Source: Octopus vulgaris (taxonomy: Eukaryota). From it: a stretch of DNA of 64,000 bases. The notes beneath the pieces were generated by a model. It worked only from the letters and a program-made list of their open reading frames with translations. It was not told the origin of the DNA and did not search any database. Made by a program: the position numbers and the translations under genes. Of this stretch, positions 12,917 to 26,909 are shown in pieces (position 1 is the stretch's first letter; the number at the start of each line of letters is the position of its first letter). Location: positions 36,952,001 to 37,016,000 of the forward strand of contig OX597835.1 of assembly GCA_951406725.2 (NCBI GenBank), read 5' to 3'.

Positions 12917-12948
<32 letters not shown>

Positions 12949-15621
12949 CATGTGCATATGCAAGTTATTTATATATTTTGTCTCTGGGGAAACAAAAGAT
13001 TACTATAGTTACTATAACCAAAATATGCAAGTATGCTATGTGTATATAGATATAGTAGTGTGTATATATATATAGTAGTGTGTATATATATATATAGTAG
13101 TGTGTATATATATATATAGTAGTGTATATATATATATAGTAGTATGTATATACAGACACACATGGTGTACTTGCATAATTTACATGGTGATTACTACGTC
13201 TTTACTGATGCCGTATCACTCTTGTGCTTTCTGCTCGCTGCCAGTGGCATCTCTGACTCTCCGTCCATGACCTCTCACACGTATAATTACTTGTGCATGG
13301 TTTTTGCAGCGTAGGTGACATACGGAAGTTGTAATTTCCATTACAATCAAAGTTAATTAACCCCTATATTTGCACAACATGCTTGCACACTTATATATAC
13401 TTACATAATTGCATATACTTGCACACTCACACACCACAGACACATATAAAGTATACTTGCATATATTTATGCATACATCGTGTGTATGCAGTCCTTAATT
13501 AATATTTTACAAAACAAAATCTTTTAAAAGTTACTATAGAACGAAATATTACATCCGCCTCAAAAACCACTTTCTTTTTTAATTATTCGTGAAGTTACAG
13601 AGAAAGAAAAAAGTAAAAAACATTTGCTATGGCAAATCTGAACAATTCTGTTTTATTTTAAATATATTTCAAATAATAAACCCGGTGCTTTGGGCGCGAT
13701 TCGGACAGTTAAAAGTTTGGTTTTACTATTGTTGATCCGTCTTTACCATTCATGCTTCTGTCTTTGAATTCTTTAAATATTAATCAACGCTACCGTTTGA
13801 CTTTGGACTTGGACCGATTCTACGTTGTTGCTTCTTGGTAAATGGTTAATAATATATATATATATATATATATGTGTGTGATAATATATTGTGGTGGTTG
13901 TTATGGTTTAGTCGATGATCCAAAATTCGTCTAGCAGAGGTCTCTAACCTTGGTTTTGGGGGTATTTGATGTCTCCCAAATTATTACCCTATCCTTTATA
14001 TATATATATATATATATGTATATCCGGAACGGTGAATGTCGGAGGAAATAAATAATAGCGTGTAAATATTGGATAAAAGACCCTTTGGATAGGAAAAAAG
14101 TCGATAGCTGTCCCTGGGGCACGAACTCACATCAGTAAACATGACCAGCATTCTACGTCAACCCTCTATATGCTTTATGACGTTCTGGGTTCAAATTCCG
14201 CCGAGGTCGACTTTGCCTTTCATCCTTTCGGGGTCGATAAATTAAGTACCAGTTACGCACTGGGGTCGATGTAATCGACTTAATACCTATGTCTGTCCTT
14301 GTTTGTCCCCTCTATGTTTAGCCCCTTGTGAGTAATAAAGAAACATATTTATGCTTTATGTATGTGTTGTTTTAAGGAAATTAGCTGTTATGTCTAGTGG
14401 ATCGGGGGGCATCGAGTAACCAGTTTACAGGGGGCTGGCTCCCTCGTTAGCTCCTGTATTAAGTAGTTTGTATTGCTTTTCTCTGGCCCAGGTAAGCCCC
14501 GATCCAGCAAACATATGATCAAAGATACGTTCCAACCGTGTCTTTTCTTCAGGCACGGTATATCTAAGGGCTATAGTACGATGTTCTCTTTGCCTTTTCT
14601 GTGATTTGAAGGATATTTGACCTGTTGTTTCTAGCAGGTCGAGTGACCACGTAATAAATCTTCCTTGGTGTGTTCCCATATGTTAAGATTTCATACCGTG
14701 ACACATTAAAGTATCAATGATATTCTCTGGTGAAATATCTATGCTAGTCATCAACCACACTTGGTCCCAGATCATCCTAGATCGAAGGCGTTCCATTGAT
14801 GACCATCTCGTATGTTATCGGATACAGATGTAGCCAAAACTACACTTTTCCCTTTATGCATTTTTAATACTGATGAATGTGGTTTTCATAGTTTGGCTGC
14901 TATTATCACCGGCAGATCAATTGATGGCCAACGTAGTGGTTGACTTTATTAGCTTGGATTGTAGGTGGTTGGACATCTTTAAAAGCTGATTAATTAGTTT
15001 AATTGATTGAACAGGATGGATACTTGCACATACGCATACAAAGGAATAAATAATTACATTTGTATAAAGTAACTTTATTGGCGAAACCTGGTAACTTTAT
15101 AAAGAAAGGCTTTTCTGCAAATAACAAGGGATAATAGGCTGAACACGTCGCCTTGTTTAACACCATCACTACCTATTTCTTTATTACCCACAAGGGGCTA
15201 AACATAGAGGGGACAGACATAGGTATTAAGTCGATTACATCGACTCCAGTGCGTAACTGGTACTTAATTTATCGACCCCGAAAGGATGAAAGGCGACTCC
15301 TAACTTGGGTTTTGTTTTGAAGTTCCTTTAATATAATTCAGTCTGTTTTCTCAAGTCCTTTTTTTATTATTATTAAAAAATAATGTTTTTTTTTTATCGA
15401 GTTAGGGTCTCTTTTCTTGCAGGATAATTTCTCCTTTTTTCTCTTCTTTGACCACAGAAAAAAGTGGGGTCAGGACCATTGCTATCAAAAGAATAAGGGA
15501 AACAAAAGATTACTATAGTTACTATAACAATAGCCATATTTCATAAACGTTGAATTTATAACCGAAATATTTATGGCTAAAAATACATCAATATAACGTT
15601 TATGACCCAAGAAAGAAACCC

Positions 15622-15950
15622 ATTTCTCTTCTACCCTCTCTCTCTCTTATTCTCTCCATATTCCCCTTCTCTCACCCTCCCTCTTTGTCTTATTCTTTCT
15701 GTATTCCCTTTCTCTCACCCTCCCTCTCTGTCTTATTCTCTCCATATTCTTTCTCTCACCCTCCCTCTCTGTCTTATTCTCTCCATATTCCCCTGCTCTC
15801 ACCCTCCCTCTATCCTCTCTTTGTCTTTTCTATATTTCCCCCTCTCTATCTCCTGTATCCCCCCTCTGTCTTACTCTCTATCATTCTCTGTTTTTCTCTC
15901 TCTCTCTCTCACTCGTTGTCCCTCTCACCCTTACTCCCTCTCCTTGGTCT
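15622..15950. repeat. CT-rich minisatellite (~45-50-bp unit ctctcaccctccctctctgtcttattctctccatattc)
   Basis: The unit is visible 4-6 times with decay; almost pure polypyrimidine. Confidence 0.8.
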
Positions 15951-16859
15951 CTTGACCTGTTTAGAAATAACAGTTAAAATCCATTCTCTCTTAATTCACA
16001 CGGCATCGTCTTGAAGACGAAAATGCCGCGTTAGGTATCTAACGGTAAGCATCGTTAGAAAAGACTGGACGGTCGTGGCTGGAACATCTAGGTCTGGCTC
16101 TGATCACGGTTAATTCGAACTCAACACCAACAGCTTCGTCTCAGTAAATTTATTTTAATAACCGAAACATTTATTGCGAATAACCGCCAGAAAAAAAAAG
16201 CCTTTATGTGGTCGCTTGATTTGCTAGAAATAGCAGCACCATTACATTCAAATCTCACCTCCTTTGTTTTTGGAATAGGAAGGACACACTGGATATTGGA
16301 TGTGTCCTTGATGTAAAAATCAAGGTGAGTTGATCACAGATGAAAGGCTTTTTTTTAAATCTCAGGCCTGTCTGCCTAGGGCTAAAGAGCATCTACAAAG
16401 ACCGCATTGTTTATGAATTAACGTTGGTCGTTTATTTCCAATATGTTTAAAGCACAAATGAAATACAATAAATAAATAATAAAGTAAACAACACAAAGCT
16501 ACAGTATACCTGTATGTAGTGGCTCGATATGTTAGAAATAGAAGCTAAATCTCCCTCAGATCCATTTGTCATTTAAAAAAATTAGGAAGAAATATCCATT
16601 TTTTTTTTTACATGACTAGCTAAAATATAAATACAGGGTGATCACAGCTGGATCGATTTTAATCATAGACTTATTCAATCAGTGCCAGCCTGGATCTTAA
16701 AATTCTAGCAGGATAAACCAACGAGGAAATTTTCTATTTGGTCGATCGATATGCTAGAAACAGAAGCACGAATGTCAAAAATCCTACCCTTATGGACTTC
16801 AAGGAAACGAACAGATTTGAGAGTGTTTCTTTATACATTATATTGTTATAAAAAAAAAA

Positions 16860-17248
16860 TGAGTGGCTGTGTGGTAAGTAGCTTGTTTACCAACCACATG
16901 GTTCCGGGTTCAGTCCACTGCGTGGCACCTTGGGCAAGTGTCTTCTGCTATAGCCTCGGGCCGACCAAAGCCTTGTGAGTGGATTTGGTAGACGGAAACT
17001 GAAAGAAGCCCATCGTATATATGTATATATATATATATGTATGTGCGTGTGTCTGTTTGTACCCCTAGCATTGCTTGACAACCGATGCTAGTGTATTTAT
17101 GTCCCCGTTACTTAGCGGTTCGACAAAAGAGACCGATAGAATAAGTACTGGGCTTACAAAAGAATAAGTCCCGGGATCGAGTTGCTCGATTAAAGGCGGT
17201 GCTCCAGCATGGCCGCAGTCAAATGACTGAAATAAGTAAAAGAGAGAG
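16860..17248 (+). mobile_element. SINE family A, full length
   Basis: Near-consensus copy with CpGs retained. Confidence 0.9.
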
Positions 17249-17627
17249 ATGGCTCTACCTGGAGCCTGTTACTTCTGTGTTCTTGCTTGGGGCTAATAAT
17301 TACAACGCCAACACAAAAGTAACTTTGGAACCGATTTTAACCATTTCAAACGCTTTGCTCAAAGAATTTGTTTTCTGTGGCAATGGCACAAGATAGGTTT
17401 TTCTTCAGCTTAGACCTTAAGTTTTTGAAACGAAATCTTAACGCGCAAGCCGAATTACTCTCCTACCTTCTTCAAATAAATTAATTAATGGCAGTTTTTC
17501 GTTATTGGTATGAAATATTGCTAAAATAATATGATGATTATACTGGATAGTGTAGTACTGGAAACAGTCTATAAGAATATAAGATGGTATGGGCATGATT
17601 GGAACCTATTTAATTTGGGCCAAACTG

Positions 17628-18113
17628 GGATCTTTTCGGTTTGACTGGCTGTTTTTTTGAAATAATTTCCACGTAACACTTTTAAACTTCCTATACTGGT
17701 AGAATGTGTTTATAAAACATCTTTTTCTCTTGGCTTTATTGAGAAAATTCTATAGTTTGTAAGTTATTTGTTGTTTATTTTTCTGCAATTTCAACCAATC
17801 AATGACGTCTATTGAGCTGAAAACATTCTGTGCCGTATGAATATGTCCCTCGTTTAAGAAACAGATTGGGTTTATTTACATTTCTGAAGAAAAATAGATA
17901 CCCTTCTCCCCACTCCTAACCCTAACTCTAAAACAGATTGAAATGCAATAGATTGATACTAGGGTCATAATTATGGGTGACAATTTAGAATTTTCTCAAT
18001 AAAGCCAAGAGAAAAAGATGTTTTATAAACACATTCTACCAGTATACGAAGTTTAAAATTTTTTAGTTACCTAGAAATTATGTTAAAAACTGCCGGTCAA
18101 ATCGAAAAGATCC
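17628..18113. mobile_element. Rearranged MITE family M with two copies of the same end
   Basis: Minus-oriented copy to ~17985, then an inverted repeat of its own first ~130 nt. No TSD. Confidence 0.8.
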
Positions 18114-18337
18114 GAAATTAGCATAATAAAATGAAAGTATATCCAATTAAACTGTGTCACGAAACGAAACCGGAAGAACGGTTTTCTTTGGAACTGAAAG
18201 TTTACTTTGAATTTGTTGTGTAGAAAAAATAAAAATAAACTGACTCTGTTACATGAGAATTTGTGGGTGACGTCATTGACATCGATGAGCTTGCCCGAAA
18301 GGAATTTCTTTGTTATAGGCTACGATATTTGTTTTAA

Positions 18338-18533
18338 CTCTTTTGTTACCATGTTTCTGTTGAAATGCCCTACCTTTGTTTTAACTGAAGAATTTAGTAA
18401 AATAACTTAATTAAGCTGTTGTTTGGAGCATAAACTAGAATGAAAATTTAGTAGAAGTTTTAAAAGAACACTTTAAAATGGTAAGTTTGTATCAGAACCA
18501 GTCGTAGTCTCACGTGGTCTGGTATCAAAAGGG
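18338..18533. mobile_element. piggyBac-type MITE (relative of 3002-3861)
   Basis: TTAA|CTCTTTTGTTACC ... GGTATCAAAAGGG|TTAA. A second degraded copy follows at ~18570. Confidence 0.7.
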
Positions 18534-18843
18534 TTAACACAATGAAAAGTACAAATAACTTTCTTTAATCCTTTTGTTACCATATTTCTGCTGTAATACA
18601 TTGCCTTTGTTTCATTTAATTTTCAACATAAAGAATTTTGTAAAATAATTTTGTCATTATGTTGATGTTTGGAACATAAACTAGCATCAAATTTTAGAGG
18701 AAGGTTTTAATCTAGATTATTATTACTTCATTTCATTTCATTCTGAGAATGATGAAGAATTTAGTAAAATAATTTTGTCATTGAAGAATTTAGTAAAATA
18801 AGGTTGTGAGTTTGATTCCTGGACCAGACTGTGTTGTATTCTT

Positions 18844-19262
18844 GGATCTTTTCGGTTTGAACGGCAGCTTTTAAAAATAATTTCCACATAACTAAACACT
18901 TTTAAACTTCGTATACTGGTAGAATGTGTTTATAAAACATCTTTTTCTCTTGGCTTTATTGAGAAAATTCTATAGTTTGTAAGATATTTGTTGTTTTTTT
19001 CTTCAATTTCTGCAATTTCAACCACTCACTGACGTCTATTGAGGTAAAAAAAAACATTCTGTGCTGTATGAATATGTCCCTCGTTTAAGAAACAGATTGG
19101 GTTTATTTACATTTCTGAAGAAAAAAAGATACCCTTCCCCCACCCCTAACTCTAACCCTAAAATAGATTGAAATGCAATAGATCGATACTAGGGTCATAA
19201 TTATGGGTGACAATTTTATATGACACCGCTAGAAAAAACTGCCGTTCAAACCAAAAAGATCC
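18844..19262 (-). mobile_element. MITE family M
   Basis: Both TIRs present; the flanks do not form a TSD. Confidence 0.85.
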
Positions 19263-19512
19263 ACATGGAATTTTTGTAGGTTTTAATTTGGATCAACCTA
19301 AAATGGGAATTTTGTGTTATAAAACCAGGAGCAGTCTCAGACAGGTTGGTCTCAAAATGGTTAATTCCTAATTCAGTGGCTGTAATGAGCCTATGTGTTT
19401 GGTAAATGAAACAGTCTTGTAGAGCTTATGTATTTAGTGGGCAGCAGATAAATGTTGTGAAAGTATTATCCTATCCAATTCTTATATTTTAGTTTATTAT
19501 TGCAAAAAAATA

Positions 19513-19908
19513 TAGGTGCAGGTGTGGCTGTGGTAAGAAGCTTGCTTCCCAACCACATGGTTCTGGGTTCAGACCCACTGCGTGGAACCTTGACCAAGTG
19601 TCTTCTATTATAGCCTTGGGCCAACCAAAACCTTGTGCAGTGGATTTGGTAGAGGGAAAACTGAAAGAAACCCATCATATATGTATATATTTGTGTGCGT
19701 GTCTGTGTTTGTCTCCTCCCCCCAACTATCGCTTGACAACCGATGTTGGTGTGTTTATGTCTCCGTAACTTAGTGGTTCAACAAAAGAGACTGATAGATT
19801 AAGTACTAGGCTTACAAAGAATAAATCCTGGGGGCTGATTTGTTCGACTAAAAAAAGAACCCCCAAAGGTAGTGCTCCAGCATGGCCACAGTCAAATGAC
19901 AAGTAAAA
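19513..19908 (+). mobile_element. SINE family A
   Basis: Consensus head, microsatellite and tail; more diverged. Confidence 0.85.
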
Positions 19909-20105
19909 TTGAATTTTGCAATTATTGTTTCATGTCTGTTTTATGTTTAGCAAATGAGTTTCTGGCAAATTACAATCTTTGTTGACTTGTCATTTCACTT
20001 TCTGGATCATAAAACAAAACATCACCTTGACATATTAGCAGTTTGATTTAAGAATTACTAAATAATTAATAGTGATAAAAGCAGTATTAATACCAAAAAG
20101 TATTA

Positions 20106-20859
20106 CCATAAATCCTTGAGTATAATCCGCATTCTTTTCCTAAAATTTAAAGGTCAAAATTCCTAGTGCGTATTATATACGAGGTTAAAAATGAAAAATA
20201 TTTTCTAAGCAATGTCCGAGTCTCTATTTGCTGTCTGGCAATGTTTATTCAGACGCATTTTGTGATGTCGGGTGTGAAAATACCTTAAGCTAAGCCTGAA
20301 AGCAATGAAGTCATAAAGGGATCATCCATAACTTGCAGTAAGCAACATTTATTAAAATAAAAGTATTCAGAACACAGAATAACATTGTAACAAAAACAAT
20401 TTGCAAACATATTTACATTCCCATATAACAGTTAAGAACATCACCATCATTGTATTACGCATGTGCAGAAGTGTTTGTTCAACCAGGTGCTGCTGGATTA
20501 ATTACGCACGACTCAAGTTAGCGAAGGGGCGCATATTATATATTTCTTTACTACCCACAAGGGACTAAACATAGAGGGGACAAACAAGGACAGACAAAGG
20601 GATTAAGTCGATTATATTGACCCCAGTGCGAAACTGGTACTTTATTTATCGACCCTGAAAGGATGAAAGGCAAAGTCGACCTCGGCAGAATTTGAACTCA
20701 AAACGTAACGGCAGACGAAATACCGCTTAGCATTTCGCCCGGCGCGCTAACATTTCTGCCAGCTTGCCGATAAGGGGTGCATATTATACACAAGGTTTAG
20801 GTTTTTCAGAGGTACAACCCCCTAAAAATCCCCTGCGTATTATACTCGAGGATTTGCGG
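20106..20859. mobile_element. Non-autonomous Tc1/mariner-pogo-type element
   Basis: TA|CCATAAATCCTTGAGTATAAT ... ATTATACTCGAGGATTTGCGG|TA. Subterminal GCGTATTATA motifs. Confidence 0.78.
20542..20770 (-). mobile_element. SINE family B nested in the mariner-type MITE
   Basis: Flanked by a ~17-bp TSD aaggggcgcatattata / aaggggtgcatattata. Confidence 0.88.
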
Positions 20860-21517
20860 TATTTATCTCCCACTAAATACTGCATTATTGGCCATGATAG
20901 AACCTCTTCTGGATTGGAGCCTGGTGCTGCCATCTGGTTCGCCAGCCCTCAGTCAAATCGTCCAACCCATGCTAGCATGGAAAGCGGACGTTAAACAGTG
21001 ATGATGATGATAAACACTCAAGTTTATATTGCTGACAGGCGATAATCATCTGCTATGGCTGCTGGATCTGTCTGATGACATAATTTCATCTTTCCTTGGG
21101 CTTTTCAATGACAGATATTTGGCTAGACACAGCAGTTAAATTCCCCCCATCAGCTACGGTTTTAAAAGGCACGTCTGAATGAATAAATGTAATATACTCA
21201 GTTTGGTTGTTGGGATATATTCCACTAGACATTCTAAGTCATTAATTTAAGCTCATTTTTCATTTTCATTTATGCATGTTTCCTTGGCAATAAGTGTGTA
21301 CAGCTCATGTTCGCATGTTTCTGTCTTATTCTGCTGGGGATAAAGGTTGGGCAAGCCCTGTGCTGATGATGCAAAGTGAAGCAAGAAGCACACGTCCACT
21401 GCTGTCCTCTTGGAGAATTTGTGATTCTTGAGGTTATCTCCTTTATCTGGTGTTGGCTCAAACTACTCCTTCTCAGGCGATTGTTCTATCTACTCTGGAA
21501 GCAGAGATATTTTCAAT

Positions 21518-21913
21518 GGATCTTTTCGGTTTGAACGGCAGTTTTTTCTAGCGGTGTCATATGAAATTGTCACCCATAATTATGACCCTAGTATCTATCT
21601 ATTGCATTTCAATCTGTTTTAGGGGTGGGGGGATGGGTATCTTTTTTTCTTCAGAAATGTAAATAAACCCAATCTGTTTCTTAAATGAGGGACATATTCA
21701 TACGGCACAGAATGTTTTTTAACTCAATACACGTAATTGATTGGTTGAAATTGCAGAAAAAAAACAATAAATATCTTACAAACTATAGAATTTTCTCAAT
21801 AAAGCCAAGAGAAAAAGATGTTTTATAAACACATTCTACCAGTATACGAAGTTTAAAAGTGTTTAGTTACCTAGAAATTATTTTAAAAACTGCCGTTCAA
21901 ACCGAAAAGATCC
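21518..21913 (+). mobile_element. MITE family M
   Basis: Perfect 8-bp TSD ttttcaat. Confidence 0.92.
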
Positions 21914-22349
21914 TTTTCAATAAATTCTTCATTTATTTTATTTGGTACATATATGTGTGTGTGTTATATGTAGTAGAGCAGTATAGTTTTCATGAAACAT
22001 TGTCTGATATCGGTATATGTTTTCATGTATATATTTCTTTTTAAAGGTGAAAACGATGCAAGTTGTAAAAATAATACAGGTTGGTGGTTTTGAGGAAGGT
22101 GTGCTAATTTTGCAATGTTGAAATACCAGGTAAAACCACCAACTCGCATCATCTGTATAACTTACATTGCTTTCACTTTAAAAAGAAATGTGTGTGTGTG
22201 TGTGTATATATATATAACTTATAAAATAAGGGCAAAAGAAAAATTCTAATGCCAAATATGCTGAAAAAAAGACAAAATTGTCAATAACCATTATATTTTA
22301 TGCGTCTCGAAACAAACCGATAGAAATTTCTAAAAATCTGTTATTACCG

Positions 22350-22403
22350 TATTGGTCCTAATTTCGGGGTTAATTCATAAGAATTTTCCCCTCTTCAGCG
22401 ATA
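22350..22403 (-). ncRNA. Degenerate hammerhead motif (family H4) in a (TA)n-flanked element (~22216-22436)
   Basis: TATCG-CTGAAGA-GGGG aa AATTC ttat GAATT aa CCCC-GAAA-TTAGG-AC-CAATA. Core and stem II are canonical; the cleavage triplet and stem I are mutated. The element shares sequence with 36387-36572. Confidence 0.55.
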
Positions 22404-23289
22404 AATATGTTAGACATAAATGAAATACTTACTCATGTATATATATATATATATGTGTACATGTGTATATGTATGTGTATTTATTTTATAGGTTTAATGA
22501 TATTTCTTTATATATTTATACACACACACACATACAAGAAGCTTGCTTCTCAGCTCCATGGTTCTGAGTTCAGTCCCACTGTGTAGCACCCTGGGCAAGT
22601 GTTTACTATAGTCTCAGGTTGACCAAAGCCTTATGAGTGGATTTGGTAGATGGAAACTGAAAGAATATATGTGTGTATATATGAGTGTGTGTGTTAATCT
22701 TTGTGTCTGTGTTTGTGCCCTCACCATCACTTGACAACTAATGTTGGTGTGTTTACATCCCTATAACTTATCAACTTGGCAAAAAAGCGAGCAAGAGAAC
22801 AAGTACTAAGGTTCACAAAGTCTAAGTCCTGGAGTCAATTTTTTTGGCTAAAACCCTTTAAGGTGATACTCCAGAATGGCGACAGTCAAGTGACTGAAAT
22901 AAGTTAAAGAATAAAAGAATTAACAAGCATACATATACACATATACATACAAACATATACATCATCATCTGATATCTGTTTTCCATGCCGGCATGGGTTG
23001 GATGGCTTGATCAGAACTACACTAAGTTCCATTGCCTGTTTTGGCTTGGTTTATACAGCTGGATGCCCTTCTTAATGCCAGGCATTCTACAAAGTATACT
23101 AGATGCTCTTTAAGTGGCACCAGTGCCTTTTCATGTGGCATCAGCACCCACATTGATGCTTTTTACATGGTACCTTAGTTTTAGGATCTTAATTCTGTTG
23201 TGGTGGGCAGTTCTTCTTAAGTACAGCAATGTACCACATACCCCTCTCATCTATCATCTTATATATACACCCACCCACAAATATATATA

Positions 23290-23611
23290 AAGGAGCACTC
23301 CGTCAGTTATTATGACGAGGTTGCCAGCTGATACGATCGACGGAACAGCTTGCTTGTGAAATTAATGTGCAAGTGACTGAGCACTCCACAGATGCACCCG
23401 TAATGTAGTTCTCAGGGTGATTCAGTGTGACAAAGAATGTGACAAGGCTGGCCTTTTGAAATACAGGTACAACTCATTTTTGCCAGCTGAGTGGACTGGA
23501 GCAACGTGAAAATAAAGTGTCTTGCTCAAGGACGCAATGCAGCCCCAAGAATTGAACTCATGATTGTAAGATCGTGAGCTGAATATCCTGACCATTAAAG
23601 CCACACGCCTT
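23290..23611 (-). mobile_element. tRNA-derived SINE family E
   Basis: GGCGTGTGGCTTTAATGGTCAGG...GAGTTCAATTC head, then CTTGAGCAAGACAC and CCACTCAGCTGGCAAAAATGAGT central block. Confidence 0.8.
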
Positions 23612-23892
23612 CAGACACACTCACACACAGACACACACTCACATACACAAACACACACACACTCACGCACACACAGACACAGACACACTCACACACAGAC
23701 ACACACTCACTCACACACACACACACACTCATACACACACACACATAGACACACAGTTATGTACTTGAAATGTTTTTTTTTTTCTCCATTTCCTGAGCAT
23801 CTTTGATCTGTTTTTCTTCAAACTTGTTCTACCAATGGTGATAGTTGTTGCGAAATTTGTGAGAGGAGGTAAGTTGATTACATCGAACCCAG

Positions 23893-24364
23893 GTGAAGTC
23901 GACCCCAGCTGAATTTGAACTCAGAACGTAGTGGCAGATGAAATACCTATTTCTTTACTACCCACAAGGGGCTAATCACAGAGGGGACAAACAAGGACAG
24001 ACCAATGGATTAAGACGATTATATCGACCCCAGTGCGTAACTGGTACTTATTTAATCGACCCCGAAAGGATGAAAGGCAAAGTCGACCTTGGCGGAATTT
24101 GAACTCAGAACGTAGCGGCAGAAGAAATACCTATTTCTTTACTACCCACAAAGGGCTAAACACAGAGGGGAGAAACAAGGAGAGACAAACGGATTAAGTC
24201 AATTATATCGACCCCAGTGCGTAACTGGTACTTATTTAATCGACCCCGAAAGGATGAAAGGCAAAGTCGACCTCGGTGGAATTTGAACTCAGAATGTAAC
24301 GGCGGACGAAATACCACTAAGCATTTCACCCGGTGTGCTAACGATTCTGCCAGCTCACCGCCTT
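23893..24364 (-). mobile_element. SINE family B trimer
   Basis: Two internal AAATAG|GTATTTC junctions (~23946, ~24130). A further diverged head lies at 24395-24535. Confidence 0.88.
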
Positions 24365-24696
24365 AACTAATAATAATAATGATTTCAAGTTTTGCTACTT
24401 ATTTAATCGACCCCGAAAGGATAAAAGGTAAAGTCAACTTCGGCGAAATTTGAACACAGAACATAAAAAAACGGATGAAATACCGCTAAGCATTTTGCCC
24501 GGGCTGCTAACGATTCCGCCAGTTACCCCACCTTATTGATAATGATAATAATATCCATGCTGACACACATTACAATTTTCTTCGAAATTTCCATTTTCAT
24601 TTTGTACATATTTGTGATATATCAGAATATGTGTGTGTGTGCGTGAGTTCACTCCCCGCCCCCGTATTAAATTCCAACTTCATACCTGCAATTTTG

Positions 24697-25103
24697 GGAT
24701 CTTTTCGGTTTGAACGGCAGTTTTTTCAAGCGGTGTCATATGAAATTGTCACCCTTAATTATGACCCTAGTATCAATCTATTGCATTTCAATCTGTGTTA
24801 GGGTTAGGGGGAAAGGAATCTTTTTTTCTTCACAAATGTAAATAAACCCTAATCTGTTTCTTAAAGAAGGGACATATTCATATGGCACAGAATGTTTTTT
24901 TACCTCAATAGACGTCACTGATTGGTTGAAATTGCAGAAATTGAAGAAAAAAACAACAAATATCTTACAAACTATAGAATTTTCTCAATAAAGCCAAGAG
25001 AAAAAGATGTTTTATAAACACATTCTACTAGTCTACGAAGTTTAAAATTTTTTAGTTACGTGGAAATTATTTGAAAAAACTGCCGTTCAACCCAAAAAGA
25101 CCC
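24697..25103 (+). mobile_element. MITE family M
   Basis: Perfect 8-bp TSD caattttg. Confidence 0.92.
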
Positions 25104-25454
25104 CAATTTTGTCATCTGCTATCAATGACGTTGGAAGTCCGGGGTTGTCTCCCTTACCTATTAATTTCTTAGGGATGTAATTTTGATTTCATTATCATTT
25201 AGGGTGCAACTAATTAAGCTTGCTGGATTAGGTTTACTTTAATTTTAACTAATTAATTCATTAAGCTTACTGGGTTATGGTTTGGATCACTTCCTTGTTA
25301 GCACCCATTAAGATAAGGAAATTTGAAGATTTAAGTTCATGTCACTGATATTCCAGTATGTATGTGTGTGTGAAGGCCCATGGCCTATCGGTTAAGCTGT
25401 TGCACTCAGGATCTTTAGACCATGGGTTCGATCCCCACGTTGCTCCAGTTTCCA

Positions 25455-26171
25455 TATAAGATTTTGGTGGGTTCACTCAACAAAACAATAAATTGTGGAT
25501 CCTCAATAGGTTTTTGAGGGCCCCTGAAAAATTTTTACTTTAGATGTATGTATTGGAAGAAGCAGCTAGGGTTCTTTCTCTCACATTTTACATAGTTCAA
25601 ATTACATGTGTTGACCCTTTTGTTACCATATTTCTAATGAGACGTTCTGTATTTCTTTCAATTAATTTTAAATATAACAAGGAATTTAGTAAAATAGCTT
25701 GGTTATCATTCAGCTGGTGTTAGGAACATAAGTTGTGACTAAGGTTTAGTGGAAGATTTCAATTCAAAGCTCATGAAAACAAGACATTTATACTTAGAGC
25801 CAGAGGTGGTTTCAGCCAGGTTGGTAACGAAAGGGTTAATGTGTGAAGAACAAAATAGGAATTTTGAAAGAAGCTTCTATAAAACTAGTTTGTAAGTATT
25901 GAGTGGCTCAAAGGGGTGCAGAGATAAAAAATGGTTGAGAACCCCTGCTTTAGATGTATGTATTGGTATGTATTGCAAGAAACAGCTAGGTTTCTTTCTC
26001 CATCATTTTACATAGTTCAACCTACAAAAGTGAACATACGAAAGACAAACTAAGAATTTTGAAAGATGTTTCTATGAAACTAGTTTGTAAACATTGAAAG
26101 GCTATTGGGGTCCACCAGAATTAAATGATAATCACAGGGGTCCGTAGATAAAAAATAGTTGAGAATCCCTG
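25455..26171. mobile_element. hAT-type non-autonomous element with tandem terminal units; piggyBac-type MITE nested at 25615-25835
   Basis: Units end AAAATGGTTGAGAACCCCTG (hAT-like CAGGGGTTCTCAAC). Relatives at 44418-44630 and 45008-45140. The nested element has CCCTTTTGTTACC...GGTAACGAAAGGG|TTAA. Confidence 0.65.
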
Positions 26172-26655
26172 ATGTAAGGAGACCTGTTCTGCTCTGGGCC
26201 CTGTTCTTTCATACTTTTACCCTGCCCCTCCTGACATAAAGGTGCTCCTGCTAGGTTTATTGTCTTGCAAGTTGCATGGCAACCTTGCTAGTGCTGGAAA
26301 CACACACAAAGCACCCAGTTCATGCTCTAAAGTGGTTGGCATCGGGAAGGGTATCATATTATATAAACCATGTCAAAGCAGGCACTGGAGCATAGTGCAG
26401 TTTTTGAGCCCTTTGGATTCTGCCAAACAGCCCAACCTATGGTAACATGGAATATGAGCATTAAATGATGATGATTTATATTTATGCACAATAGGTGCAG
26501 GAGTAGCTGTGTTGTAAGAAGCTTGCTTTCCAACCATATAGTTCTGGGTTCAGTCCCACTGTGTGACACCTTGGGCAAGTGTCACCTACTGTAGCCTTGG
26601 GCTGACCAAAGCCTTGTGAGTGGATTTGGTAGATGGAAACTGTAAGAAGCTCATC

Positions 26656-26753
<98 letters not shown>

Positions 26754-26909
26754 GGGGGGAGAAAGTAAGAAGAAAAATAAGCGAAAATGCACATTGGAAA
26801 TCTAAAAAAGTAAAGACTTTTTATGAAAGGCAATGATAGATATATACAATTAGATGAACTGAGGTAGGAATAAAAGTAATAAAAGTCATTATTGTGAATT
26901 GTTAAAGAT

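Noticed and set aside
21355-21435. C/D-box snoRNA candidate (TGATGA at ~21364)
   Set aside because: No properly placed CTGA D box or terminal stem.
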